A stretch of DNA of 64,000 bases from Selaginella moellendorffii. Lineage: Eukaryota > Plantae > Lycopodiophyta. Both the position numbers and the translations under genes were made by a program. Shown piece by piece: positions 11,539 to 25,620 of this stretch. The notes beneath the pieces were generated by a model. That model saw only the letters and a list, made by a program, of their open reading frames with translations, had not been told where the DNA came from and searched no databases. The stretch spans positions 253,261 through 317,260 of the forward strand of contig NW_003314312.1 in NCBI RefSeq assembly GCF_000143415.4. The letters run 5' to 3'. The stretch's first letter is position 1. Each line of letters starts with the position of its first letter.

Positions 11539-13199
11539 TGTCCCGAGAACCCTAGCGCATGGAAGTGGGGCATCTTAAAAATGCAAGATATCTCATATAC
11601 AAATTGCCACCCTCAAAGTTCACAAAAACAAGCAATGTTTGGAAGGGTGCTTGAATAAACACTATAGCTTAGATCCAGTCGTTCATTTTATTTGTTAGCA
11701 TTTACCGCTACCTTTTTTTTTTGACTTCGAACTCGATCGTAATTGTACGGTCTTTTTAGTATCTTCTTAAGAATATTAATCTGATTATAAGATACGGCCG
11801 CTTGTACCTATTGGATAGCTTTTTCACGTGGGAGGGACATCATAATAAATATTGAGTACTTACTTACTGGCAAAGTGGAACATTAGCTTCAATGTGTTGA
11901 AATACCCTACTAGAGGGAATTTTACAATATGCATCTCTATATATTGGATGGGCAAGAAGCATAGTGTTAGCTGGGAAATTCCAAATTTGCTAAATGGAGT
12001 ATAGTGTCTTAGTCTCTAGGATTTTGTATTAATTTAGAGGACTTTACTAGATTTTTTATTCTTTCACTTCACTTGTAAATTCTTTTTCCCACTTACTACA
12101 TTTTCTTTTATTCCACAAGAGTTGCATACTTACACAAATAGTGAGAAACCATTGAAAAGATATGGATAAAAATTATTACATATATGTAGTGGAAGCTATT
12201 AAATAGAATGACGTTATTGATGAATAAAATATTAATTATATCTTAGAAAAAGAATCTGAGGTGGAGATGATGAAATATTATTTGTTTAGTATTTAGTTTT
12301 AATAATGTATTATAAATTTAAATTACTTAAATTTTTACTTTAAAATATTTATTATCTATCATTTGCCTCAATGATGAGTTATCAATTTATTCATTATATT
12401 TGTACCTAATTAAGTTACATAAAAAAAGTCTAAAAAGAATATTATACATGAATAGATGTCAATAGCGGAGAATATGTATCATGTCAATGCTACATTCTTG
12501 ATCAAAAACTAAATTCAAAATAATATCAATACTAAACTTTTAAATTTTTTTTTGACAACAAAGTGAAATATTTTTATCTTAATATGCAAAAAAATGTAAC
12601 TTTTTAGATAAATAAAATAAAATAATTAAAATGATATATTAAATAACATGTTAAAAGTTATAAAATATAGGTGGATAAACTAATTTAAATAGTTTTAAAT
12701 TTTAAAATTAAAAAATATTGAATAAATTATTTTTATTGTTATGAATTTAAAATAATAAAATTATTATATTAATTTGATATATCTAATGAAGAACCAAATC
12801 TTATGCATATATTTTAGATAAGAAAGTGTACCACAACTCCTTGAGTGTTAATTTTAAGTTCTGTAAAAGTGTTTTTAATATAAAATTTATCATTAAAATG
12901 TCAAAGTAAATTACATGCAATAAGTGGTGTGGCCTTGGTAGTGGAGTTGAGAATGCTAGTGAAGTTTGGTGTACTATAGCAAAGAGTCATGCACTTATTA
13001 AAGCATTTGAGGATCTCATATTACATTTTTAGTGATGCATTATAGCATTGCATTTTAGCATTCTGGAGAGTCGACAGCTTCTAATTTCAGGTATTGGAAG
13101 AATTAATTCCAGGGATTGTTGAGTTCTAGTTCCAAGCATATTAGTTTTCTAGCCATATCTGAGATTCAAGTAAGCTCTTAAATAGGAGCTTGGCACTCA

Positions 13200-14110
13200 A
13201 GATGAGACTCAAGAGGAAGGGAGAACATTAGAGAGCTAGCAGAATCAGTTTCAAGGAAGAAACTGAAGAATAAACATGCTCCTAATTGGACAAGAGGAGA
13301 AGCCATAGCTTTGATTGAGCTCAAAGCATGCAGAGTGGACAGTTATGATTCATGGAAAGTTGCCTTTGAATGCTTGCTAACAGCAGTTTGTAGATAAGAT
13401 ACTGTTGAGAATCTAGCCACAAAGCTCACTTGGCAAGCCTCCAATGAGCTGGTTCCTGCTCAAGTCCGTGAAGACGAGATGGCTGCTGTTGTTCTTGATG
13501 CCAAGGTTTCAACTTAACCTGTTTCCAGAGACATCAAGCATGACCAGTGTTGAGAACAAACTTGGTGGAACAGAGCTTGAGAGCATGTCATTTTCTATGG
13601 AGCAAGTTTGGGAACTTAACAAACTTAGCAAGAGGTTCCAGCGAACTTTGACAGAGTGCTCAAAGATTGGAGCTTTTTTCGTCCCTCTCATATCCTTTCT
13701 CTACAGCCTGGAAGAGAATCCACTTTCTCATGCTCACTGAAAGGCTGCCATGAAATCAGTTATTATAGAGGTCAAGGGCCAGCAAACTTGGAGTGAACAA
13801 GCTACCTGGAATTGTTCCTTCAAGCTTGTTGCCAGGCATGCATAAGACTTCCACTCCTATAGATTTGGAGTGTGGAAGAGGAATGCTGTGGAAGAGCTTG
13901 TTTCTATCCACACTAAGAAACTTGAGGCTATAACTTCGACAAAGATTTGTTGGTAGTGAACTGGTGAAAGTGTTTTGTGCTACTCAAAGTTCCTCCAGCC
14001 CAGAGTGGAGGCCAAACTCTTGAGGAATCTCACTGCCAATACTGTTCTCAAAGAGCAAAAGCTGCCAGTTCCACATGGATCTCACTGCTCAGAGTGGAAG
14101 TGATGTAGAA
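13200..14110 (+). pseudogene. Degenerate coding relic with Myb/SANT-like start, possibly a PIF/Harbinger accessory ORF
   Basis: KKLKNKHAPNWTRGEAIALIELK resembles Myb/SANT-like N-termini. It has stops and frameshifts, appears CpG-depleted and sits in AT-rich DNA. Confidence 0.35.
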
Positions 14111-14388
14111 CACACTCTAGTGTCATCCCTTTTAGTATTTGAAAGAGATTTTTGATCCAGATTTGTGCAAATAGAATTTAATATATTTTTGTTTTGATGT
14201 TAGTGGATATACCTAAAATATATTTGAATATTCTGGGATATTTTACAATCTAATGGTTATTATTCAATTAGATTAATTTTGTATTTATAATATATAAACT
14301 TCCCTAAAAACTTTCTAGCATATTCTATTTTATTCTATCATCTAATGGTTGATATGCAATAAGATTGATCTTATGTTTATAATTATAA

Positions 14389-14751
14389 ACTTCCATATGA
14401 TCAATTGGATTAATAAATAAGAACAACACTACTATTAAACAAACTAAATGTTGCTGTATGAAACGTGTAGTAAATTATTCTTATTCTTACATAAAATATT
14501 TATGTTTTAACTGTCTCTCCATAAGATATGCAAGTGTGAATAAAATCACACATAAACTATATGAATTAGGAGAAATTTATGTGTTATACTTAAAAACATA
14601 TTTAACTTTTTCTAAACCTAGCATGTGGGCGCATTAACTTAAATATAGGTGAGTAAATTGAAATATTTTGATACAGTGAGAATTGGCTTTCTTAATAGTA
14701 CTGTTGTTCCTTTTTAGTATTATTTATTAATCCAATTGATCAAATGGAAGT
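14389..14751. mobile_element. MITE-like element with ~50-60 bp inverted arms
   Basis: acttccatatgatcaattggattaataaataa...gaacaacactactattaa (14389-14438) versus its reverse complement at 14692-14751. Confidence 0.55.
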
Positions 14752-15465
14752 ATATTAGCTGAATAACTTGGCATAAGTACAAATGAAATCATAAACATGA
14801 TAATAATCTATAAACACAAAATTAAATTGCATCAGATAGTAAGTTCAGAATATGTGTGAACTTCAGAGGATTGAACAATATCACATATCGTAATCATTTC
14901 CCAACTCCCATTTATGGATGAGAAGCTAGAAGAGCTAAATATAATAGGAAGTGTTTAGAAAATTTTATAAATTGTAATTATATATAAAAATTATAATAAC
15001 AACCATTATATCCAAATATAATTTAGGGTATATTCTGTTAATCTGTGACAAGTTACCAATGATTCTACAATACTGTATCTCAAGGAAATAGAGCCAGGTT
15101 ATAAAAGAATAAAAAGAAGACGTTGTTTGGTTTGAAGGGTGAAAGAGAAAGAGAAGGGCTGAAAGTATGTGACGGGCCATCAAGCACGTCACCAGATTCT
15201 TTGAGCGCCGAGGGTTGAGGAAGGGCAGAGGCGCGCTTTTCTCCCACCGATCCGCCCTAGACAAATCTTTTAGCTCCAGCTGCGCGGTGCGCAGGCGATG
15301 CTCGTCCCCTGCCGATCCAGGCGCCCTCGCGACCTCTTCGAGGATTGGAAGAAGCAATCGATCGTTCCAGCGGAGAAGCTGTGAGTGTTTTAGGTCTGTG
15401 GGCTTCTTTTCCCCTCATGCAAGCTCCTGGGTTTAACAAAGCTCGTATTGGGAAAAGCTCTAGAA

Positions 15466-16571
15466 ATGTCGATGGTCGCGGCGATAGATAGGTTGATCCA
15501 AGATCGCAACATGGACAAAGATCCGGTCATCGCAGCGCCGCCGCCACGCTCGCCGCCTTACGGGCTGGTCAAAGAGAGAAGGTTCTACCAGGATGATATG
15601 GTCGGAAAGACGCTGAATGACAAGCAAGCTCTGGTGGCCGAAGGAAAATCGCCTTCTACTCCCGCTGCTGCTACTCCTCGCAAGCTTGGTACTCCTTCCG
15701 GCTATGGCGAAGATTTCTTCTTCGATGCTCCAGAGTCTCCATTCGCAGGTAAGTCTTTACTTCTTTGCTTTACTACTTGTTCTATCTCTACTCGTTTGAG
15801 ATTTTCGTTCTCTCTTTTTGTTCTTCTACTTGGTGTTGGTTTGAGATTTTTTCCTTCGATTTTTCGCACTAGTGCTTATGCGATTTTTCTCACAGGCAGT
15901 GAGACGTCATCCCAGTGTGACTACTCCGGAGTGGAGAACTCCACGGCTCTGGCAGAGGCTACCGCGGACTCGGCGAAGCATCAGCAAGAGATGGAAGAGC
16001 TCGAGCGATACAAGAAGGCGGAGGAAACGCTAGAGATTGTTCTCCAGAAGCTAGCAGACGGTGGTTTGGCGGTGCCACCGACGCTACTCGAGAGGAATGG
16101 AGGAGCGCTAGAAGTGGAGGACTTGGACATAGTCGGGCAGCTCCAGATAAAGAAGATGGTGGAGGCGGCGGTGGCGAGAGGGGCTGCCAAGGCCGAGTGC
16201 GAGGAGCAGCTCCAGGCGGAGCTGGAGAGCAAGAACACGGAGATCGAGACCAAGAACCGCGAGGTGACGAGGCTGCGGGACAAAGTTCGATACAACGAGC
16301 TCCTCAACCGGGAGATTTCGCAGAGAAACCAGGAAGCCATCGGTAAGTTCGTTGTGTTAGATGGATCTCATATGCAAACTTTCGTTCTTTCTCTTCTTTT
16401 TTTTCGCTAGAAATGGCTCGAAGCAAGCGTAGAGCCAGGAAGAGGATGATCCGGTGGGCCGTGGGCTCAGCCTCGGCGGCCATCGTGGGTGGCATCGGTG
16501 TAGCACTTGTGTACAAGTACTCGTCGTGGGAATTTTTGAGAGCTAGCAAGCCTGAGGCGACGTCTGAGTAA
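15466..16571 (+). CDS. Uncharacterised plant coiled-coil protein with FFAT-like motif and C-terminal TM anchor (3 exons)
   Basis: EDFFFDAPE; coiled coil ...EVTRLRDKVRYNELLNREISQRNQEAIEMARSKRR; hydrophobic tail WAVGSASAAIVGGIGVALVY. Stop at 16569-16571. Confidence 0.8.
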
Positions 16572-16953
16572 GAAGACAAAGAGAAAAAAAAAACTAAACA
16601 ATGGATAATAAGTCTTTGTTACGATGTCTCGTGTTTTTTTTTCCTGGATTTGTTGAAAGCTACAAAACCATGTAAATTCAAGCAATATGTCTTTACATAT
16701 GCCAAGCTTCAATAACTTCTTTAAGTTAAATAACAGAAAAAGTATATTAAACCAACCTCCCGTTTAGGGTTGCATGGTCTACACTGCTTCCTCCAACGCC
16801 CTAATTTGAGATTCTATGGAAAATTAGCGTTGTTACTTACCTTTGTCGACGTAACCAGTATCTAACCCTACTTGGAAAGGATGTGTTAACGACAAAAACC
16901 ATGTATACATGATATGTTACACTGGTGCCAAGCCTCAAAGTTTTTTTTGGCTT

Positions 16954-18926
16954 TCACTTGGTTGCGTCCGTGATCATAGCTCTCGTCCACTGCTCGATGT
17001 CCTCGGCCTGTGATGGCGGTGGCAACAACGGAGTCTCGACCACGTCCCACTCGTCCCCTCCACTGTCAGAGAATTTTCTCGCTTCTCCGCCGATGCAAAA
17101 GAAGTCGCTCATTTCCATCCGGCTTTGGTTCCGCAATGCCTGGAGTTTGAGCTTTTGGAGAATTCAAACACATTACGAAGCTTTCAAACAAAGAAACTAA
17201 ACAGTACCTTACCTCGTGAGAAGAGACGTAGCTCTGGAGAAGCGAGCCGTCGGCTCTGGTGTTGCTGTTCATCAGCGCTGGCCTCGTGTTGCTCGGTCTG
17301 AAAACTCAATCCATGTCAGTTCAAGTTCTTGAATTAATGGAACGCGAGTGGTAGAGCCATTATACCTTGTTTTGGATTCCTTCGACGAGAGCAAAGCGAG
17401 GAGCTCCATAAAGGTCTCGAATGTGGGCAGGGTGGATGGCATTGGCACTCCTAGCATTGCGTAGCCGTAGACACAGATGCACGACACGCTCCGCTTCAAG
17501 AGCTTGACAGCTTGCCTCACGTCTCGATCGCTGTCGCTTTGAGTAGACTCGCTGCTGCCAAGCTTGAGAAATCTCGGCTTTTCGAGTGACAGAAAGCTCG
17601 ATCCGCTGCTACTGGCATGACTGTCTGACTTCCCAGACTTGTCCGCCTTTCCATCTGAAGATAGCTTTACCCGCTCTCCCTTTCGTGGGAGAAACAATGG
17701 ATACTCCTCACTAGAAGTTTAAACACGACTGGTAAGTAAAATGGAGGATTTCTATAAACGATTACCTGCGGGAAACCGGAGAAGCGTCCCAGTATGATGT
17801 TCGTTCCCAGATTCTAGACGAAGAGGCCTAAGTAAAAATGAACTTGTGTCATCCGAAGAGAAGAGTTTCTCTTTACCGCAAATGCAGCGTTATGGAGCAT
17901 TGGAGTCATCAAGTAACGTCCTGTTTGGTAGACAAGCTGCACCATATACCCCAGAGAGGCAGAGAGATCTTCTGTGCTCACAGAATGAGGATCGTCTCTG
18001 ACTGGCAAACATGCTCCACAGACACGAAGAAGTTGCCTCTCCTTGGATCCCCGAGGCTTGTCTGAATCCCCCTATATCCGTCCATTAGGCTCCACATAAA
18101 GCTTGAAAGTGTTTATACGAGAATAAAAACGACTCACTTGCAAGTAATGCAGAGGGAAAACTTTCGTCAGGTGCCGGAACACATGCCTTCGAGCTAGATT
18201 CACTTCTGTCAATAGAGATGTCTGAGAAGAAAATGAAAGAAAATGTAAGAAAATAAGAAGAGAAAATCGCTGAGATCATACCAGTTTCGCAATATGTGCA
18301 CGCATAAGATCAGGATAGAAGACTTCAAACAGCTCCTGTTGTATTCTGTTCAACTAGAAAACCGTGAAGAACAAAGTTAGCCACATTTCTGACTCTTTCA
18401 GGGAGAAAATGCACCTGGCTAGAAACAGTGTCCAAATATTTCCTGCGTGCTTCGTATTCACTTTTTCTTTTCTCAGCTTTCAGCTTGCCTGGAAAAGCAC
18501 GAGTCAGAAAAGAAACACCGAAAAAACTTTATTGATTTCTTACTCTGGACTAAGAGTTTCTCATTCTTGTGACTGGAACTCTGCAGCTTAGTTTTTAATT
18601 CCAAGCGTTCGATGCTCAGATGCCGCTGAGCATCGGCCTCTCTCTAGAAAAAATTTCAAACGCTTGGAACACGGAAAAGAAGAAAAAATTGCCAGCAAAA
18701 GAGAACCTTGGCTCTCAGCTCCGCATCCATGCGATTGCGAAGAGCATCGCGTTCGTGGGTCAATCTCCTCACAATCTTATATTTCTCGGCGAGCCTGTCC
18801 AGAGAATAAGAAAGAAAATCACGCGACGCGTCGAGCAAGCACTCACCGGAGATTGACGCAAGAGACGCACACCGCCGGCTGATTCGCGGCCTCACACACG
18901 CCGCAGGAGCAGCCGCGTCGCGCCAT
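16954..18926 (-). CDS. ATG14: Autophagy PI3K complex I subunit ATG14 (multi-exon)
   Basis: N-terminus MARRGCSCGVCEAANQPAVCVSCVNLR (CxxC..CxxC), a coiled coil, SASLGYMVQLV and C-terminal EWDVVETPLLPPPSQAEDIEQWTRAM. Confidence 0.85.
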
Positions 18927-18947
18927 CGCCCACAGCTCGAATGCATC

Positions 18948-18956
18948 AAACCCTAA
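18948..18956 (+). promoter_or_regulatory. Telo-box AAACCCTAA just upstream of the ATG14 start
   Basis: Motif ~20 bp from the start codon. Confidence 0.45.
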
Positions 18957-19042
18957 GACCCTGTTTTAGGGCTCCCACTTTTAGGGCAAAAGCGAATAGT
19001 TGGGTATATTCTACCAGATTTGAAAACCATAGGCGGGACGAT

Positions 19043-22000
19043 TTATTTCTTAGCAAGGTAGTAGAGCTCTACATAGTCAAGCGCGGGCCTATTCCATGAC
19101 CAATCTTGCTCCATTACCTTCTGGCACAACGAATGAAACCAATCTCGCGCGTCATACCAAGCGGACAATGCCCTGTGGAGAAAAATCATCAAAGCCAATT
19201 CACCTCTTCGAATTTTTCTTGCTTGCACGTACCTGTTCAATGCATAGTCCACTCCTGCTGCGTCCGTGCCTTCGAAGCTAAAGCCATTTGGTTCCAGCCC
19301 TTGCGACTGTGCTCGATCTTTGTCATGGTCGACATCAAACACCGTGTCGTTCAATCCTGGCAAAGAATATCGAAACGCTTCTTCTGGAGAGATCGCGATT
19401 CATACCTCCGGTCTTTCGAACAACGGGAATGGCACCGTATCGCATTGCCGTTAGTTGAGTCAAGCCGCAAGGCTCAAAGATGGATGGAACTAAGATGAAG
19501 TCTGCACCGGCATATATCTGCAAAACGTCCAGTTTAGCTACTCGGAGCTTTGATCAGATTGCGCCTTACCAAGTGAGATAATGGTTCATCGTATGTGAGA
19601 CACAACCGTGCCATGTCGTTGTGAGAGTTCTTAAGCTGATGCGAGAGATTCACAAAGTCGTTTTGTACTCGAGGATCCGGAGCAGATCCCAGAAGGACCA
19701 CCTACGAGAAAAACGATATTCATATATCACGGCTGGAATCAACAAACCTGTCCACCGCGCTCCAGAGTTCGCCATATCGCATGCTTGATAAGGTGAATTC
19801 CTTTTTGCGCTGTTAGCCGGGTGATGATGCCGACTAAAGGTTTATCCACTTGCTGCAAACCAAGCCTGTGCTGGAGCTCACTTTTAGCAGCTCTTTTGCC
19901 TTCCACAACTTGCTCTGCTGTGTAAGAAACCTGTAAAGTAGTGTTAAACACGCAGCTCAAACCGTCACTTGAAAAGAAAATCATACGGGAATGTAAGGAT
20001 CGTCAAACGGGTCCCAAATATCCAAGTCGATTCCGTTCCTGATGCCATGAAACTTTCCACGATGAGGGGCAATTGCTGGACTCCCAGAAACTTCTTGTGC
20101 ATAGCTATGTGAGACCTGCAAATTTGTTACGTTCATTCAAAGGCTTTTATGAACTCAGTAAGCTTACCGTGGTTGCCATGTTTGCATTTGCCATTGCCTT
20201 TCCCACCTGGGCAATTCCAAACTCTAAATTATGTATGGTAAACACAATTCGCGCGTTGGACAAAGCATAGTGCTTGTAGCTTTCTTGAAACAGCCAGGCT
20301 ACCGGCGCAGTCGACCAATCGTGACAATGAATAACATCCTGGGAAGCAGAGCTTATAAAGATTATAAAAAAAGAACGGCTTAGAAACTTACAGGACGTCT
20401 TCCACTTCGCAAAAGAAACTCCAGTGCTGCATTGCAGAAAAAACCAAAGCGATGTCCATCATCTCTGCGACCATATATACAGCCAGCCCAAAAGAAGCTG
20501 CAAAAAGAAAATACTACGTGAGTGGAACGTCTAAAGCTGTAATACTAAGCATACCCGTTCTGCGGTTCAATGAAGTGTACGTTTAGGCCTTCTACTTTCC
20601 CATTCCAAACGCGAATGGTGGTTCCTCCCCAGCCAAACGACTCTTTCTCTTGAAGTTCCTCGACCTGCCATTTGTTACGTGGTTAGATCCGACAGATATA
20701 CTACTCGCAACAAAACCGTTGTTTACGTGATTGTATTTCAGGCAGTCATACTTCGGAAGGATAATCTCCACGTTATGGCCCAGTTCTTGTACAGCACGTG
20801 AAAGACTCGTGACAACATCACCTAGACCACCCACCTGTAAAAGATGGCTCCTTAGGACCATCCCGAGAACAGGCATGAGGTAAGACAAATTGTTAACGGG
20901 ACAAGAGAAATACCTTTGCAATAGGAGCCATTTCGACGGAAATATGAACAATGCTCATAGGTGGCTCCTTGCCAATCCCGCCATGAACTGGGATGTGATA
21001 GTCAAAACCACCGCGATTGTCATAAGTTCCTCCATTGTCATCCCCTCTTTCAGAAAACACGCAGTCCATTATGTAAGCATCGACTGGGACTTCAACTGCA
21101 CAGAACAACGAATTAGATATACACGATAATAGAGAAGATGAGAGACTATACCAGTTGCCTTGAGGTGGGTAGTGCTTGGAACCTCTTTCATTCTTACCGG
21201 TGGGAAAGGGCTTAGTTGATGTGTCCAGCGGTTGAAAGAATGCCTCAACCATACCTCAGGCTTCCCGCTTAGAACAGTGTTCTGTGGATTATAAAGCACT
21301 GAAACAGGTTCTCCGGCGTTCACTTCCATTGGATCCGTGTAATAAACGTGAGACTGCGACTGCAAAAATGTTTGTTTCGTCTTTTGTTTCATCTCCTCTT
21401 TCTTCTGTGCTTTGTACAGTTTCTACATAACACACACAAGTTATAAAAGTTATGGAACAAACATACAGCAATACCAACCTTTTTACGTGCAGCCTCTTCT
21501 CTTTCCTGCCGCTGCTTTCGGATCTCAGAATACACCTGCTCTTCAACATCTGCCCAATACAACTCCTCAGCAACGGGTTCGGGAACAGCCATGTGGAAAT
21601 CCTGGTAGTCATTGTTGTCATAAGTTGATGCTTTCTCCGGTGGCCCGTCTGCAAACACCCAATTGAGCATGAACGCTGCCTTGGGAACAGAAACTGCAAA
21701 GAAAAAGAAAGAAAACTTCGTCAATCGTCGATGTAAAAATAATTACTAGACTCGCACCTTCAACTGAACACCAGTCTCCGCTCCTCGACGAAGAGGGCAC
21801 AAGCTTTTCGACCACAGAGACAGCGTCTTGCCAATTGTTGTAGCCTCCGTGTATCCAGAGTTCTGTGCTTCGGGCAAGTGATCGAGAGGAACGATTGTAG
21901 AAGAGCTTCACTGTCTCCCCTGCTTTGAAACTCGTAGGCTCTGCGTCCCAAAGTCCCGGCACACTGGGCAATGCTTTTTGTAATACCATCCTGGCTCGTT

Positions 22001-23539
22001 CTCTCCGTTCAGCAACGATCCTTTTGGCCTCGTCTCTATCCGCTTCCTCCGCAGCTCGTTGCTCTGCCAGCTTACGAGCCTCTGCGGCAGCTCGGTCTTT
22101 TTCTGCTTGTTCTTGCGCAAGCCTTTCAGCTTCTTTCCTCTTCTCCAGCACCAAGAAGTTCTCAAACTCGCGTTGATCCATGCTGCCGTCGTCCACGAGA
22201 ACGAAGAAGTCCTTTGTGTCGTTGTTCTCGTAGACATTTCCGTTGAAGAACACGAAGTCCATTCGATATGCTTCTTTGGGAACGTCCACTTTACAGGCCC
22301 ACCAATCTCCACCAAGTTCACTTTTTTCCAACTTTAATGTGAATGGTTGCCATCGCCAGCCATTAAACGACCCCATAATCTGCACACTGTCCTCGCTTGC
22401 TAGCACCGTTATGCTCCGGTTGAAGTAGATTTCGACCTCAGCACCAGCCTCAACTTTCTGCGGGTAGTAAAATATTTTGCTCATCGTAAAAGCACTGGCA
22501 TCAGCTAGTTTGGCTATCTCCCGCTTCCTGGCTGCTTCTTTCGCAATCCTTTCCCTCTCCTTGGCTAGAGCGAGCTCAATTTCCCTTTTCTTAGCCTCCT
22601 GTTCGAGCTTCTTTTTTTTCTCTGCCTGTTGTTTGGCTAGAATCTGTTCCAGCTCCCATCGTCTAGCAGCAGTGGCTTCTTGGTCTGCTCTTTTCCTACT
22701 CTCCGCCTCAGCTATCTCCTCCTCTGTTCTCCTTCTTTTCTCTGTTTCCTTTTTGATCTCCTTGATCTTCAACGCATAGTCGCTTGCATTAGCCTCCGTG
22801 ACATCGTCCTTGTCTTTCACCTCCGAAACTTTGACAGTAGAGTTATCACCACCAGAGTCGTCCTCCTGCCGATCAGCAGCTTCCGTTTTTCCTTTCAGCC
22901 GACCCGAACCAAACCTTTCAACCTCTTCTTCTATCCTCTGCTTTGCAACCACGTAATCAACTTCCTGGTGCGCCGAGATGGAGGCCGATTGAGAGCGCAT
23001 CTTCTCTAGAACCTGGTCCTGCTCTCCATTCTCTGCCACAGTTGGTTCTACCACTACTTTCTCCGTCCCAGCCGTCTCTGTTTCCTCGTCATTGCTGGTT
23101 TCTCGACCAGCCTTGGCCGTCTTTACCTCGAAACTAGTAGCTTCAGAGACATCGTCCGGTTTGGACGTCTTCTTCTCTTTGAGCTTTTGCTGGAAGCCTT
23201 TCTGTCGTTCACCTGTGCCAAAAGAAAAAAAAAAAAACAGAAGAAAGAACATCACAATGTAGTAAAGTAATGTATCGTACCTGCGCATACAATTGTCTTG
23301 AAATTCCTGCGCGACGATCTTCTTTCCAGTCGACACTGGAAGAATACCAGACAATATGTCAAGCAGTAGATCGATCAGGAGCATTTCTATCGAAATTCAT
23401 CCCAAAACTAGCTAGAATTGTCCAGATCCATGACACTCACCCAGATTAAGAAGCGCTCATTGCTAGATCCAAGCCCTCCCGCCGATGAAACCTTCCACGC
23501 CGCGGCCGACGCCGCCACGAGCGACGCCGCGGTTGCCAT
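19043..23539 (-). CDS. SS3: Soluble starch synthase III (three CBM53-type starch-binding repeats + GT5)
   Basis: Three N-terminal CBM repeats (FNGWRW, GGYNNW, HSFNRW), [40 protein letters not shown] and [11 protein letters not shown]. Start inferred at 23539 ([11 protein letters not shown]...). Confidence 0.95.
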
Positions 23540-23869
23540 GGCTCACCGCAGCTCCACCGCGAAGAAAACCTAGCAATAATCACACTGGCTTCTTCCTCTC
23601 CATAGCTCCGCGCCGTACCACGTGTTTCGTGGTGGCCACACAAAAATGTGGCTACTACATTTTAGGGCTATCCGTCAAAACTGTACGGCATATATAGTTA
23701 ATCTAGCAAAAACTTTACATTGTTCTTCCGGATGTATCCTATCGAGGAGAAAGAACGTCTTCGTAAAACTTACATTTCATGACAATCCATCCGCTTCCAG
23801 ATTCGCGATTCTTTCCATCATTTTCTTGACGAGTCCATTCCTCAAAGGCCCGGTGCATGACAAATCACG

Positions 23870-24230
23870 TTAACTAGGTGTTCGAGGGACTATCTTGGTC
23901 GCTGCAAATGCCGAAGTTTGGGTATCTGACCGCTTCAAGTTGCCAGGTGGAATGCCACAATGCGACATCAAGGTGACGCTGCAGGTTCTGGTTTGCAGGA
24001 TCGCGAAATAATGTGTGTTCAGCATCTATCAGAAGATCTCCAGCTAGTCCCAAGGACGCCTCTCGTGTCCTGCAACTCGCAACTGCCAAAAGAAGCTCTT
24101 TCAGGCTGTGCTCTAATGTGGCCTGTGCTCGAGCAGGAAAGTTGCATGAGGCCAAACGGTTGCTTGATGAGATGCAACCAGATCTATTTGCTTATAATGT
24201 GAACATATGCTGAAGTCTATGGTTGATGGG
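23870..24230 (+). pseudogene. PPR gene fragment (left arm of inverted duplication)
   Basis: CARAGKLHEAKRLLDEMQPDLFAYN. Reverse-complement match to 38100-38310. Confidence 0.65.
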
Positions 24231-24544
24231 AAGCTCAAGAATGGGCTTCTAGATATGGTCAGAATGGAAGGGTCACCTCTAGAACAAGTTGTACCTTACA
24301 TATGGTGTGGAAAACGTGTTCATCTTTGTCACATGCACGCCTGATCTTATCACCGTACTGCTTCTGCTGGCATGTCACTCTCAGGTCCAGCTCCAGCTCT
24401 GGAGAAAAATACAATCAGTCACAGGTCGTAGCATTTCATGCTTATGACATAGGAATAGGACATGAATAATCTATTATCCTGAACACTGTTCCTTTTGTCC
24501 TCGAATGCAAGGCGTAGCTTTGGAACTATCGGGCCTCATAACCT

Positions 24545-25230
24545 AATGTTTGTATCCATCTAGTGCGTGGAAAACGTGCTCAAGATCGGTATTAGAATAA
24601 ATAGAGCTGGCATTTGCTAAGGAAATTAGACGTCCCATCTGAGTCGAGCCGCTTAACTTAGCATTCGCACCTATGGGTTTCATTAGTAGTGCTGCTTATG
24701 CTGGCAGTAAGTATAGGAAGGAGCTAAGCACTATTTCATACTAAGCTTCACCTTTATCTTCATTTCATTTGGTTACACTGTTTTGGTGTGCTGGGGAAAA
24801 GTCTCCACTTTCTACCATCTATTCAGGTGCTATAGTGGATGCCATTCAGGTCCAGAGCGTTGAGGGCCTGCGGTCTTTCCATGGGACAAATAGCTGCAAT
24901 GGATGTTCTCCCATCGATCCGCCTCATAAACTTGGAGGAACTTGCTATCCAACTTTGTTGAGTTTTTGCTGACACTCTATTGTTCTAGCAGATCAATCTT
25001 CGCTAAAGATATCTGGATACGCTGGATGGAGCTCGGCGACCAATCCTTGGCTACATCTATATAAAGAATACTGCCGACGGCAAGACCACAACTTACGGAC
25101 CATTTGGCTATACAGAAACGGAAGAGTATTTTTGCTCAAAGGACGGCTTTTGGGCACTAGTACATATATGAGAGGCAATGGAGTCTGCTTCCAGGACCCA
25201 TTACCATCACCACCACTTTCTCTTCCGTGC
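24545..25230 (+). pseudogene. Degenerate jacalin-lectin gene copy
   Basis: Matches 25820-26640 with multiple deletions (GEKSPL~STIYSGAIVDAIQV). Confidence 0.85.
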
Positions 25231-25234
25231 CTCC

Positions 25235-25620
25235 GGAGGACTTCGTGCGATCGGATTCAAAGGCTACGCGGCTGGAATGCGTCCGGCTCCAGTGACCAAG
25301 AAACTGGACAACAGAGTTCGCCAGTTCATGCGGCACAGGCAAAAACTAATCTTGCTCTTCCAGTGAAGGAGCTAGCTTTTCGCGATCGTCGCGAGACAAT
25401 GTCATTTCAAAGGCTGCTACAGGGTTTATTGAGAACAAGTATGGAATTCGTCAGTCTATCATTTTTAATCCCTTCAACATGGACTGGGAGATAATCTCGA
25501 TCTCCCAGTGACAATGGTAGAGAAACGAATTCATTCTCCACGGAAGAGCAAATGTAAATTCTTTGCTTGTGTTTATCCAGATCAATTATATCTGCCATAC
25601 AGTTTTAAATAAAATGTATA
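25235..25620 (+). pseudogene. MSRA5 last-exon and 3' flank fragment
   Basis: [36 protein letters not shown] matches the MSRA5 C-terminus. Confidence 0.8.
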
